Counted from the first letter of the stretch, positions 44,790 through 55,282 are shown. The stretch is 64,000 nt of DNA from an uncultured Phycisphaerales bacterium (GCA_963844715.1 CAWJPJ010000007.1:1312001-1376000); one strand, 5' to 3'. The notes: generated by a model from the sequence alone, not told the origin. Made by a program: numbers and translations.

Positions 44790-45799
44790 TGACACAAAAA
44801 AGCGTTTTACTGGGTACGTGGATTCGCCGTTTCCTTCTGGAACATCTGGTTGCCGAACGCAATTTATCGCGCAACGCACAGCGCAGTTATCGCGATGCCT
44901 TCGCTCAGTTGATGCCTTTCGTCTCCAAGAAGACAGGTGCGGCGGTGGATCGCCTGACAGTCGATGCGCTCTCGCCTGATCGGTTGCGAAGCTTTTTGTC
45001 ACACCTGGAATCAGAGCGCAAATGCACCATACGTACTCGCAACCAGCGGCTTGCCGCCATCCACGCCTTCGCTCGCTTTGTCGCCGACCATGCACCCGAA
45101 CACATCGCCTGGTGCTCGGCAATCCGGGTTATTCCATCGAAGCGGTTCCATCGACCGGCGCTGTGCTATCTCGATAAGCCGGAGATTGACGCTCTGATCG
45201 CCGCGCCGGATGTTGCGCGCCAGATTGGTCGCCGCGATCATGCACTGCTGCTGTTTTTGTACAACACCGGCGCCCGCGTGAGCGAGGCAGTTGCGGTGAC
45301 GCTGGCTGATATCGAACGCCGCGCCGATGGCGCCGGATCGGTGCGCTTGGTTGGCAAGGGGAACAAAACTCGATTTTGTCCGCTCTGGCCCACGACGATC
45401 GACAAGCTCAAGGAACTGGCTGACAACCGCGCCCAAGGCGAAAAACTGTTCTTAAACCAACGCGGCGAGCCGCTCACACGTTTCGGCGTTCATGCGTTGG
45501 TGTCGCGGCACGTCGACGCGGCCAGCAGGAAAGTCGCAACGCTGGCCAGGAAGCGAGTCGGGCCGCACACGATCCGCCACACCACCGCAACACATCTACT
45601 GCGCGCTGGCGTGGACATCAACACCATTCGCGCCTGGCTTGGTCACGTGTCAATCAATACGACCAACGTGTACGCCGAGATCGACTTGGAAACCAAAGCA
45701 AAAATGCTCGCCACATGCGAGCTCACTGGGCCAAGGTCGTCCAAACGCAAATCATGGAAAGCCAATCCAAAACTGATGGAGTTCTTGCAGGCATTGTAA
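44786..45799 (+). CDS. Tyrosine recombinase, RitC-like
   Basis: TRNQRLAAIH, TGARVSE, GKGNK, HTIRH, WLGH, VYA. Confidence 0.95.
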   Translation: MMTQKSVLLGTWIRRFLLEHLVAERNLSRNAQRSYRDAFAQLMPFVSKKTGAAVDRLTVDALSPDRLRSFLSHLESERKCTIRTRNQRLAAIHAFARFVADHAPEHIAWCSAIRVIPSKRFHRPALCYLDKPEIDALIAAPDVARQIGRRDHALLLFLYNTGARVSEAVAVTLADIERRADGAGSVRLVGKGNKTRFCPLWPTTIDKLKELADNRAQGEKLFLNQRGEPLTRFGVHALVSRHVDAASRKVATLARKRVGPHTIRHTTATHLLRAGVDINTIRAWLGHVSINTTNVYAEIDLETKAKMLATCELTGPRSSKRKSWKANPKLMEFLQAL

Positions 45800-46842
45800 A
45801 AAATTATGTGGTCACAACAGCCTATCGCGTCCAGGGAAGCCACTGGTTGGTGTGATCTGACAACATAAATATACTCAACACATAAGGCTTGAACAATATG
45901 ACTGTGAACAATGTCACCTTCAACGGGACGACTTACGGATTGCGCCTGAAAGCCGGTCGCGGCAATGGAGGATCGGTGACGAATGTCACCTACAACGACA
46001 TCAGCATGCCCAATATCGGGACGCCGATCCAGCTTTCAAGTTGGTACAACGCCACCAGCGGATCCGATGCGTGGCCCTCGACGGCGGCCAACGCAGGCAC
46101 GGCCGCGGTGAATTCGACCACCCCGTTCTGGAGCAATATCACGTTTTCAAACATCACTGTGAATACCGCGGCGCAAAAGTCGTCGATTTATGCGCTCCCC
46201 AAAGCGCCCGCGCAGAACATTCAGTTCATCAATGACAACCTGGGCGACAGCGATTTGCAGGTGAATTATGCGGGGTTCAGCGGCGCCTACGATCCCACCC
46301 TGGTGCCGGGGGTTGAGGTGTTGCTGGAGAATACGACGATCGATCGCCGCCTGGTGACTTCCGCGGCGGATCTGACCAACAGCGATATATTCGTTCAACC
46401 TACCAACGGGATGATCGAGGCGGACATCGCGGTGGTGGTCCCGGAGCCCAGCTGTGGATTTCTTATCGCGGGGGCAGCCCTTATGCTCTTGCGGCGAGGC
46501 CTGCGCAAGCGGCACGAAAACATGAACCTCCGCCTGCGCCCGGCGCGGCATGCCCCGCGCAAATCGCATCGGCGGAATGGCCCTTTCATTTGCCGCGTTT
46601 ATCCCGGGCGTTACCGTTCACCTGGCATTCTTCTTTGTCGGATTCGGCTGTGGATCGCACTCATGCTCGCCAATCGCGGGTGCCCCTCCTGCGACTGGAT
46701 ATTTGCCACGTATTTATTGGACTGCATCGGTTCGGAATCGATTGGCAATTCCGGGGTTGTGGGGTATATCCATAGTGGGAAGCGGGGTTTCAAATTGCCT
46801 GTCGGTGTGGGCCTCTCGACACGACCTTTTGGGAGGCTTCGT

Positions 46843-47070
46843 ATGGGCAAAATCCAACAACCGATGCTGTTTCCGATGATCCCGGAAAGCGGCCGGCCGC
46901 GCTCGGGCAAAGCCCCCGCGCAGCCGCAGCCAACCGGGAGTTCGGCGGGAAGGCTATTCCTGGCTCTGGTTGCGCTGGGCTTGTTCGCGGCGATGGGATA
47001 TTTAGCGGGCATGATCATCAAAATGCTCAATCTTCCGATGCCAAGATGGCCGTTTAGCATCTGGCAGTAG
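46843..47070 (+). CDS. Small membrane hypothetical protein
   Basis: GGAGG RBS, ATG at 46843, one TM helix. Confidence 0.55.
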   Translation: MGKIQQPMLFPMIPESGRPRSGKAPAQPQPTGSSAGRLFLALVALGLFAAMGYLAGMIIKMLNLPMPRWPFSIWQ

Positions 47071-47187
47071 GTTCATTTCGCGGTCGCCGGTCGGGCGCCT
47101 TGTAGTCCCAGGGGAATTCCCTGGGTATCCACTGATAGGGAAACGCTCCAATTTGCTGGTGCAGCGGCGGTCTTCCTGCGCTACAAT

Positions 47188-47360
47188 TAGAGCGGTTTGC
47201 GGCTCCGCGTAGCGAGCCAGTTGGCCTCGGCTGCAACGAAGGCAAGGATGAGCGACGAAGCGTATTAGAGTTCCGCCAGTTTCCGCAGGATGGAGCGAAG
47301 ACACGGCATCCGATGCAGCCGTGGACAAATGGCCGCTAGTTGGAGCGGCAGACCGCTTTG
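47188..47360. mobile_element. MITE-like non-coding inverted-repeat element
   Basis: About 45-nt imperfect arms TAGAGCGGTTTGCGGCTCC... / ...GGAGCGGCAGACCGCTTTG. Confidence 0.55.
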
Positions 47361-47384
47361 GGTCCGGACAGGGGCGAAAAATAG

Positions 47385-48551
47385 ATGGCGAGCCTAGTCA
47401 TACCATCCAACAACGGCCAGGTTGCCGCCGGCTCTTTCAAGGGCCGCGTGCTGATCGGCGCAAGCCATTTAACGGGGTTCAATTTGAGCAGCGGTCCATC
47501 TCCCGCATCCACGCCTGGATCGATGTGGACGGGAAGCGCTATTACGTCGCCGACGCCGCCAGCCGCGCCGGCACGACCGTGAACGGGCAGAAGGCGGCGG
47601 GCAAGGTTTATCTCCACGACGGCGACGTCATCGGCATCGGCTGCGAACGGCTCATTTTCCGAACCACCGACAAACTCCCCGATGGGGCCATCTCGTTCGG
47701 GATCAGTGAAAAAGGGACTAATCCGGACTTTAACGATCATGGCATTTTGATCCGTTGCCAGTGCGGGGCGCGCCTTGTGGGTTCCATCGAGCATGGCGGG
47801 CGCTTACGGGCACTGCGCCCATTGCAAGGGTGAGATCGACGTTCCGGGCACGCCGGCGTCGGGTTTGCGGCGGCCGCTGACGCCGAACGATTCGATCGCC
47901 GACATGCCCGCGATGGACGAGCTTGGGAACCTGAAGCGGCCGCACGATCCGCTGGCGGTGGATTTCCCGCACCCGCAACCCAAGGCGGATGTGAAGGACC
48001 AGATGTGCGGGATCTGCCAAAAGGCAATCAGTTCCGCACAGGCGAGTTTGAGCTGCCCGGCGTGCGCCCAGCCTTATCACGAGAAATGCTGGGAAGAGAA
48101 CGGCGGATGTGCGGCGTATGGCTGCGTGCAGGCGGGCATGATGATGCCGCTGCCTCCGGCCGCGCCGACGGAGCCGGCGCCGGCGCTGGCTCGGGCGACG
48201 GAAGCGCCGCCGATGCCCAAGCCGCAGAAGAAGGTGGTGCCGATCATGCCCGCCGCCCCCGCGGCGCGGCCCGCGCCGGTGCGGCAGTCGCCCGAGCATC
48301 TGGTCATCCCCTGGGACAAAGCCGTCCTCCTCGGCAGCGTCGTGGGCGTCATCCTCGGCACATTCACCTTCGGGGTTCCGTCGCTCGCCATGGCGGCGGC
48401 GGCGTTGGCCATGGCCATCCGCTGGAGAAGGGAAGACCTGCACAGCTCGCGGATTGCCGCGGTCGCGACGGCGATCTGCGTCATTGGAATTGCCATCGGG
48501 GTGTTCACGAGCATTTTGTTCTGGTTCAACGGGCCCACCGCTACCCGGTAG
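47385..48551 (+). CDS. FHA-domain protein with Cys-rich zinc finger and C-terminal TM helices (frameshifts)
   Basis: IGRK, ISRIHA, SRAGTTVNG (FHA); CGICQ..CPAC..YHEKCWEENGGCAAYGC; two TM helices. Confidence 0.8.
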
Positions 48552-48602
48552 TACCGGTTAGCGGTAGAGCAGGGGAACAGGTGAGCAGGGGAGCGGGGGA
48601 GG

Positions 48603-48636
48603 GATGTCTCACGGGGTGTCTCACGGGGTGTCTCAC
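48603..48636. repeat. Short tandem repeat (TGTCTCACGGGG), about 2.7 units
   Basis: Direct reading of the sequence. Confidence 0.7.
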
Positions 48637-48921
48637 CTGCTCGATGGGTGGGACACGAACCGCGTTCCTGAGGTCGTGGCGCGGGGTGCTTGTCTCAGGA
48701 TGTCCCGAAATGTCCCATTCTTTTTTTGCTTGGCGGGATGGAGATTGTGGGGGAAGTGCGGCGGGGTCTGTTTTATTTTGAACAAATCTTTTGACGGGCC
48801 TCGAAATCGTAATCGCCCGGCATGCTGGCCCTAATCTTTGGATTTGATTCCGGAGCCAATCGGGCACCAGCGCCGCGCCGGCCCGAGCACGCTTGCCGCG
48901 GATCGGTGGCCTTCTTAATCT

Positions 48922-51900
48922 ATGACTATGGGGACAGACGCTGAATCGGAAGCCGTCGATGACCTTGTACGAGGATTTGCCAGTCACATTAAGGAATACA
49001 AGTCTAAGGGAACCAACGAAGCAGAAATTCGGCAGCAGTTCATCGATCCATTCTGGCGGCTGCTCGGATGGGACGTTGGCGACACGAAACACGTTGGTCC
49101 TTCAAGCGCCGAGGTAATAATCGAAAAGACGGTCGAGGTCGCAGAACCGACCGGTGTTCGTAGCCGAAGACCCGATTACATATTCCGGGTCGGAGGATTT
49201 GCTCGCTTCGTTGTCGAGGCGAAAAAACCCGCCGTTGATATCGACACGGACCGCGAATCGATATTTCAGGCAAAAATGTACGCCTGGAACGCGACGATCC
49301 CCTTCGCCATTTTGACTGATTTCGAGCAGTTCCGGCTATACGACACGACGCTTTGACCGATCCTCGACGAACCCGCGCGTGGTTTAGTCAGCGAGTTCAG
49401 TCTGGATTATCCGCAGTATTCTGCCCAATGGGATATTCTCATGGCGACCTTCTCGCGCGATTCGGTCGCCGCTGGCTCCCTGGAACAACTGCTGGCTAAG
49501 GTGAAGAAGTTAAAGGCCGGCCGCCGAATTAGGACAGTCGATCGTACTCTTTTCGATTTAAAAGGGATTGAGCCGGTTGATGATGTTTTCTTGAGCTTCC
49601 TCGACGCGCACAGGAAGCAATTAGCCAAAGCCATCTACGCCCAAAACGTCGCTGCATTCCCCGAGGCCGAGACCATTCATGGAGCCGCTAAGGTCACTGA
49701 AGCCGTTCAGCGCATCATGGACCGCCTTGTATTTATGCGCGTCCTGGAAGATCGGGGCGTAACGGCCTATGGACAGCTGCGCGAAAATTTGGACCGGATC
49801 GGCGTCGAGGGGGGAGAGTTTTATGACTCTTTGACCGCGACGTTCAGAGAACTTGATAGACGATTCAATGGGTATCTTTTCAAGCCCCATTTCTCGGACG
49901 AGCTTGAAGTGGATGGCTCAGTGCTCGCCGATTTTGTGCGAACACTATACCCCGCGGAGGGGCCATGGGATTTCAAAGAGATTGGCGTTGACATCTTAGG
50001 TACCGTCTACGAGAGGTTTCTCGGCGACGTTGTGACCGTCGCTGGGAAAAGCGTTGGTATCACACGGAAGCCCGCTGTTCGGCACAAGGGTGGGGTTTAT
50101 TACACGCCACGGTTTATCGTGGACTCGATCATTAGGCGTGTGGTAGGGCCTCGTCTGTCAGGAAGAACCCCTGCGGAAGTCTTGGAGGTTAGAATTCTCG
50201 ATCCAGCCTGTGGATCGGGGTCCTTTCTCACGGCCGCGTTGCAATACCTGTTCGATTATTGTCTTTCTGTCGTCCAAAAGGATCCGTCCCTTGCTAAAGC
50301 AGCGGTGCCCGCACTTTCTGCAGACTTCGGGACCAAGACCCGAAAGAAAAAATCGGAGATAGCGTTTCAGGATCGGCAGGGTCGATGGCACCTAGCCCCG
50401 GATTTCCGTGCGGCTCTACTGATTCATTGCATTCACGGGGTCGACATCGATCAGCAGGCCGTCGAGGTGACGGTAATGTCGCTTTACGTGAAAATGCTGG
50501 ATTCGGAGCTGCCCGAAAACTGGGCTACTCTTTGGGTGGAAAAACAGCTACTTCCATCCCTCGACAACAACGTGCGCTGCGGTAACTCGCTCATAGATGA
50601 ACAGAGCTATGACGCATTTGTCTCGCACCGCCACCGAACGCTGTTTAAGGAGGACGACGATGTCGCGTTTCGGATGAACCGCTTTGATTGGACGAGTCAG
50701 ACGAGGGGCTTTGGGAGGCTTTTAGATTCCACCTCGCAACGGCGAACTGGGCGGACCGGATTTGACTGCATTGTGGGAAATCCGCCCTATATTCGTGTCC
50801 AGGAACTCAGAAAATGGGCCTCAGAGGAGTCCGAGTTCTACAAATGGAAATACGAAAGCGCGCACCGGGGTAGCTTTGACATCTATATGATCTTTGTCGA
50901 AAGGTGTCTTAGTCTGTTGGCCAAGGGAGGGCTGCTTGGCTTCATCATGCCCCACAAATTCTGGCAGAATCGGGACGGATTCGCGCTGCGGCGCATCATC
51001 GCAGGCAGCAACCTACTTGTATCTGTTGTGGATTTTGGCGATCAACAAGTATTCAAAAACGCCACGACATATACGGCGATTCACGCCCTGGGCGAAAAAC
51101 GCGGTGATTTTGCCGTCGACGTGGCCCGCGTGAAGGAACTGGAAGACGGAGTCGCCCAATGTGCCGCGATTGACGCCGGGAAGCCGGCAAAAGGTGTCGT
51201 GCGTTTCCGCGCAACGATTCCGACGGATGGCACGGAGTGGCGGTTTCACGACGAGGCCACACAGGCATTCTTTAGGTCGCTCGTAAACGTCAGCGTGCCG
51301 CTATTCCCGGGCGTTTGCGATGCCGTGTTTCAGGGTATTGTCACCGGGGCAGATGACGTGTTCTTGTCCAACGACTGGCAAGCAACATCCCACGAATCCC
51401 CGGTTATGCTTGTTTCAATCAGAAATTGAGGGCACTTCGATTGAGATCGAGCGGTCAATAACGGTTCCGGTCGTGCGCCGCCAGGGATTTGAGGCATACC
51501 ACGTTGAGCGCGACCAATTGCTCATTCTTCCGTACGAGCGGGCAACGGAGGAACTTCTGCCGATGGATGAACTCTCGAGGAATTACCCGCTAACCTGGCG
51601 CTACTTACAGGCCCACAGGGAGGCGCTCGAACGTCGCGAGCGAGGGCGATTTCGTGATACTTGGTGGTGTCTTTCGCGCGCGCAAAACATTAGGCGTTGG
51701 ACAGGTGCGAAGGTTCTCGTCCCATATATGATCCAGCGCCTACAGGCGGTCGCGGACCTCACCGGAAGATTTTTCGTGAACGTCACGACGGGCGGCTATG
51801 GTCTTTCGGTGAAGCCGTCAGTTGCGGCGATCCTGGGCGAGAATTCCAACGATTTCTTAGTCGGACTGCTGAACAGCAAATTACTTGATTATGCGATGCG

Positions 51901-52183
51901 CCGCCTCAGCAATCATTTTCACGGGGGCTATTACCCAGCGAACAAGCAGTATCTGCAGCATCTCCCGGTGAAATTGCCACTCACCAGGCCCGAAAGGCTA
52001 TTGGCAGAGCGGATCAAGGAATCGGTGCGAATTATTGTGGATTCCGTTGCGGCGTTGAAGCGATCGTTATTGTCTGAGGGCGAGGCGCGACAGCTAAATT
52101 CGAGGATTGAAAGCAACCAAAAACGAATTGACGTTGCAGTACTCGATCTGTACGGCCTCAGTGCAGTTCCAGATGGTCAGTGA
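48922..52183 (+). pseudogene. Type IIG (Eco57I-like) fused restriction endonuclease/N6-adenine methyltransferase, with in-frame TGA (49354-56) and frameshift near 51420
   Basis: RPDY..VEAKK nuclease motif, GVYYTP, DPACGSGSF, GNPPY and TaqI-C-like tail (GLLNSKL). Confidence 0.88.
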
Positions 52184-52324
52184 ATATATTTTGCTGCTCG
52201 GCGGCAATTCGGCGGCGTGGTGCCACCGCGCGTCGGTGCGCACAACCCCAGCAGCCGGCGGATTACCAAGCATGCGCGGCTGTGAACCGTTGCGCCCTCG
52301 TCCCTCACACTGCCCACCGGTCCC

Positions 52325-52487
52325 CCGCGGCGCCGTTCATGGACGATGAAGAAAGGCAATCGATTAGGATTACGATTATGATGATGATTAGGAGGGGATG
52401 TCCAGTTCGGAGTTGCCGGGGGAGGGCGCGAAGGGGCGCGCTTGAGTGTGAAGGTGTGAAGGTGTGAAAGTGGGAAAGTGGGAAGTG
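52325..52487 (+). repeat. Composite direct repeat, copy A
   Basis: Shares TCGATTAGGATTACGATTATGATGATGATTA, TTGCCGGGGGAGGGCGCG and (GTGTGAAR)n with 54959-55107. Confidence 0.85.
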
Positions 52488-52623
52488 TCGGGGTCGGTGC
52501 GTAGCTCGTGTTTAATGCTCGCAAAATCAAAAAAAACACGCCGGTTTGACTGGTGGCTGGGATAGGCCGATAATTGAGTAGCGGCTTGCTTATCGCGGAA
52601 GAATGCGTCTTGTCGCGAGTTCT

Positions 52624-53193
52624 ATGCAACTCAGCTATCAATTCAATATCGAAAAAGCCGTGCAGGCGATGTCGTATTTCGCCCAGAAATTGGGCGAAGT
52701 CGAGAAGATCAAGCTCATCAAGCTGATTTACCTTGCCGATCGAGAACACTTCATTCGAACCGGAGCGCCGATTACCGGCGACAGGCAAGTGGCGATGCCT
52801 TACGGACCGGTTCCGTCCTGCACGCTGGACCTTATCAATGGGCTGGTTGACGGGGCCGATCAACTCGCGTATCGATACTTGACCGTCAAGAATAACAAGA
52901 TTCGTCCGCATAAATCGGCAGGCACTTCGGCCCTCTCAGACGACGAGCTCGACACCCTTAAGAAAATATTTAAAGAGCATGGCAAGAAGAATGCCTGGGC
53001 GCTGGCTAGTGAGACCCATCGTTTGCCCGAGTACATCGCCTGCTATGTTGAGGGTACGTCCACTCCGATCCCATACGAGTGCATCGCGCAAGTGTCGGGT
53101 GACAAACGTCGATTCCGCCACGACCGGGTAGTCATTCCGGGGGAGTTGCTTGCGTCGATGAAGCAGACCATCGGGCCGGGATCTGATCTCTAG
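52624..53193 (+). CDS. Panacea-domain (DUF4065/SocA-like) antitoxin
   Basis: KLIKLIYLAD, GAPITGD, AMPYGPVPS, LASETH. Confidence 0.88.
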   Translation: MQLSYQFNIEKAVQAMSYFAQKLGEVEKIKLIKLIYLADREHFIRTGAPITGDRQVAMPYGPVPSCTLDLINGLVDGADQLAYRYLTVKNNKIRPHKSAGTSALSDDELDTLKKIFKEHGKKNAWALASETHRLPEYIACYVEGTSTPIPYECIAQVSGDKRRFRHDRVVIPGELLASMKQTIGPGSDL

Positions 53194-54568
53194 CAGGACG
53201 CTGAAAAACTCGGGAGTTGGCGCATTTTCCTGTCTGTTGGCCGCTTTTCAATGGCGGGTTCCATCTCGGATCGTTCCAAGGGCTTCAGTTCGTTCGAGTT
53301 CGTTGGCGGATTGCATGCCCAGGTTGAGTTTCACACGGTACTCAGGTTGCGCATCCGGATCAGATTGAACGCCGCCCCGGCCAGGTGGGCCTGCTGGCCG
53401 GTTTTTGAATGTCCGATCAACCGGGTGCGATACAGGCCGCCGATCGTCTTGGCCCAGCCGATCCATTCCTCGATCTTCTTGCGGCAACGCTGGCTGATGG
53501 CGTAACCGAGGGTCTTGGCGCGCCGACGCATCCGCTGGCGGGCCGCGATGTTGGCTCGGTTCTTCCAGCGATAGGCGGCGGTGTCGCCGCCGATCTTGCC
53601 CTCCTTCACCGCCACGTGCGGACGGATTCTTCTTCGCTCCAGCCCACGCAACAGCGGACCCTGGTCGTACCCCTTGTCGGCCCCAACCGTCTTGGGTTTG
53701 AGCCCAAAACGTTTCTTGACCCGATCGATCAGCGACAACGCGGTGACCGGCTCGCTGTTCTCCAGCGGCGAGTTGACTTCCACCGCCAGCACCAGCCCGT
53801 GGCGGTTCTCCACGATCGCGTGCAGCGCATGGCTGAGCAACGCCGGCTTGCCGTCGCTCTTGCGGACCAGCTTCGCGTCGGAATCGGTGGTTGATTCGTG
53901 GGTGTCGTTGGACCGCTTCTGGCCGTGGAAGTCCACCTCGGCGTTGCGGCCCTTAAAACCGTTGTTATCTCCCGCATCATTGTCTTTTTTGTCCTTTTCA
54001 TCCCTGGGTTTGAAGCTCTTGATCGACGCATACGCCTCGATCAGCGAGCCATCCACCGAGAAGTGGTCGGGGCTGACCAGTCCCGCGGCGATGGCCCGAC
54101 GCACCGTGCCGTCGAAAAACGCGCCGATCAGCCCGTGCTCTTCCAGCCGCCCGCGATTGTGCGAGAAGACGGTGGCGTCGAATACCTCTTCGTCGATCCG
54201 CAGGTCCAAAAACCAACGGAACAGCAGGTCGTGATCAATCCGTTCCACGAGCTGCGCCTCGGAGCGAATCGAATAGATCGATTGCAAAAGCAACGCCTTG
54301 ATCAGCCGCTCCGGCGGCACGCTGGGCCGGCCTTCGGCCGCGTAGGCGGCATCAAAACGCCGACTCATGGCCTTCAAGTCTTCATCGACCATGCGCTTCA
54401 CGGCCCGCAGCGGATGATCAGGACGGACGCGTTGTTCCAGATCGATGGCCGCGATGAACAAAATGGATTGGGGATCGGCCTTGCCTCGCATGAATGACCT
54501 CCGTGTCTGGGTGTCACACAGTTCAGCGCCACCGAGAACATTCGTCAAGAGGGTTTTTCAGCGTCCTG
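53194..54568 (-). mobile_element. IS5-family insertion sequence
   Basis: 16-bp perfect inverted repeats CAGGACGCTGAAAAAC / GTTTTTCAGCGTCCTG; CTAG duplicated at 53190-93 and 54569-72. Confidence 0.95.
53331..54491 (-). CDS. IS5-family transposase (DUF772 plus DDE)
   Basis: DHPLR, GRPSVPPE, FSVDGSLI, GADKGYD, RKKIEE. Confidence 0.95.
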   Translation of the reverse strand: MRGKADPQSILFIAAIDLEQRVRPDHPLRAVKRMVDEDLKAMSRRFDAAYAAEGRPSVPPERLIKALLLQSIYSIRSEAQLVERIDHDLLFRWFLDLRIDEEVFDATVFSHNRGRLEEHGLIGAFFDGTVRRAIAAGLVSPDHFSVDGSLIEAYASIKSFKPRDEKDKKDNDAGDNNGFKGRNAEVDFHGQKRSNDTHESTTDSDAKLVRKSDGKPALLSHALHAIVENRHGLVLAVEVNSPLENSEPVTALSLIDRVKKRFGLKPKTVGADKGYDQGPLLRGLERRRIRPHVAVKEGKIGGDTAAYRWKNRANIAARQRMRRRAKTLGYAISQRCRKKIEEWIGWAKTIGGLYRTRLIGHSKTGQQAHLAGAAFNLIRMRNLSTV

Positions 54569-54582
54569 CTAGAGCGCGATCG

Positions 54583-54891
54583 ATGAATCGCTTTGATATT
54601 TACGATGCACAAGTGATTTGGGGAGGCTGTGAAGACCGCCGTCCTTGGTTGATCGTGGAGGTTCTTCCGCATAATCGCGTTGGCTGCCTTCCGATATCCA
54701 CACAGAACTATCGCGGCGCCGCGTTTCCCATTTCGGAGAGCGATCCAGACTTCCCGGCGACGGGACTGAAGAAGAGTTGTTTTGTTCATGATGAGAAGAT
54801 TATTGACGTTGCGGTGAACTGCCTTATTAAACGTCGCGGGCGCCTCGAAGGCGATTTACTGGGACGATTTCGTAAATATTCCGGGATTTGA
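54583..54891 (+). CDS. PemK/MazF-like toxin
   Basis: FDIY...DRRPWLIV...LPIST...TGLKKSCFV...RRGRL fold pattern; 10 nt from the antitoxin stop once the IS is removed. Confidence 0.75.
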   Translation: MNRFDIYDAQVIWGGCEDRRPWLIVEVLPHNRVGCLPISTQNYRGAAFPISESDPDFPATGLKKSCFVHDEKIIDVAVNCLIKRRGRLEGDLLGRFRKYSGI

Positions 54892-54958
54892 ACTGTCGGA
54901 TTTTGCGATGAACCGCCCGGACGGGGGCTCGATCGATGCAACCCGGCGGGCGGGATCG

Positions 54959-55107
54959 CCGTGGCGACGTTCATCCGGGACGGGGAAAAGCAGTCGATTA
55001 GGATTACGATTATGATGATGATTATGAGGGGAACTCGAGATCGGGATTGCCGGGGGAGGGCGCGGCTTGGGTGTGAAAGTGTGAAAGTGTGAAAGTGTGA
55101 AGGTGGG
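54959..55107 (+). repeat. Composite direct repeat, copy B
   Basis: Aligns with 52325-52487. Confidence 0.85.
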
Positions 55108-55282
55108 CGAGCGCGAATCGATAGACGTTAGGGACGACCTTCTCCTTTCAAGAATCGCCCCTCACCCGTCCTGCGGAAACTAGCGGGATAAAGGGAGAGG
55201 GGACTAAAATACATCCGCGCCCGTGTTTGATAGGCGGCGGTTGGGGCAAAGTGCGGCGGCTCCATTTGTCGATAACGCCACT

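Larger units (their letters stand above)
42236..45885 (+). mobile_element. Recombinase-In-Trio (RIT) element, 3,650 bp
   Basis: Three tandem tyrosine recombinases; terminal inverted repeats TTATGTGTTGAGTTTAGTTATGT (42268-90) / ACATAAATATACTCAACACATAA (45863-85); boundaries fixed by the interrupted gene. Confidence 0.95.
41393..46525 (+). pseudogene. GH28-like PEP-CTERM protein, copy 3, interrupted by RIT (41393-42235 plus 45886 to about 46525)
   Basis: Joining gives ISIGGETNY|GLNNMTVNNVTF, colinear with the paralog ISIGGETIGGLNNMTVNNITF; VPEPSCG tail. Confidence 0.93.

Noticed and set aside
42507..45799. Prophage or ICE integrase cluster
   Set aside because: No phage or conjugation genes; the element is only the three recombinases between inverted repeats.
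45889..47070. 393-aa ORF as a GH28-membrane fusion protein
   Set aside because: The PEP-CTERM signal marks the true C-terminus near 46520; read-through into the small gene at 46843, which has its own RBS, is probably due to an indel.
49354..49356. TGA as selenocysteine or an alternative genetic code
   Set aside because: Not a redox Cys position, no evident SECIS, and TGA is used as a normal stop by many genes here.
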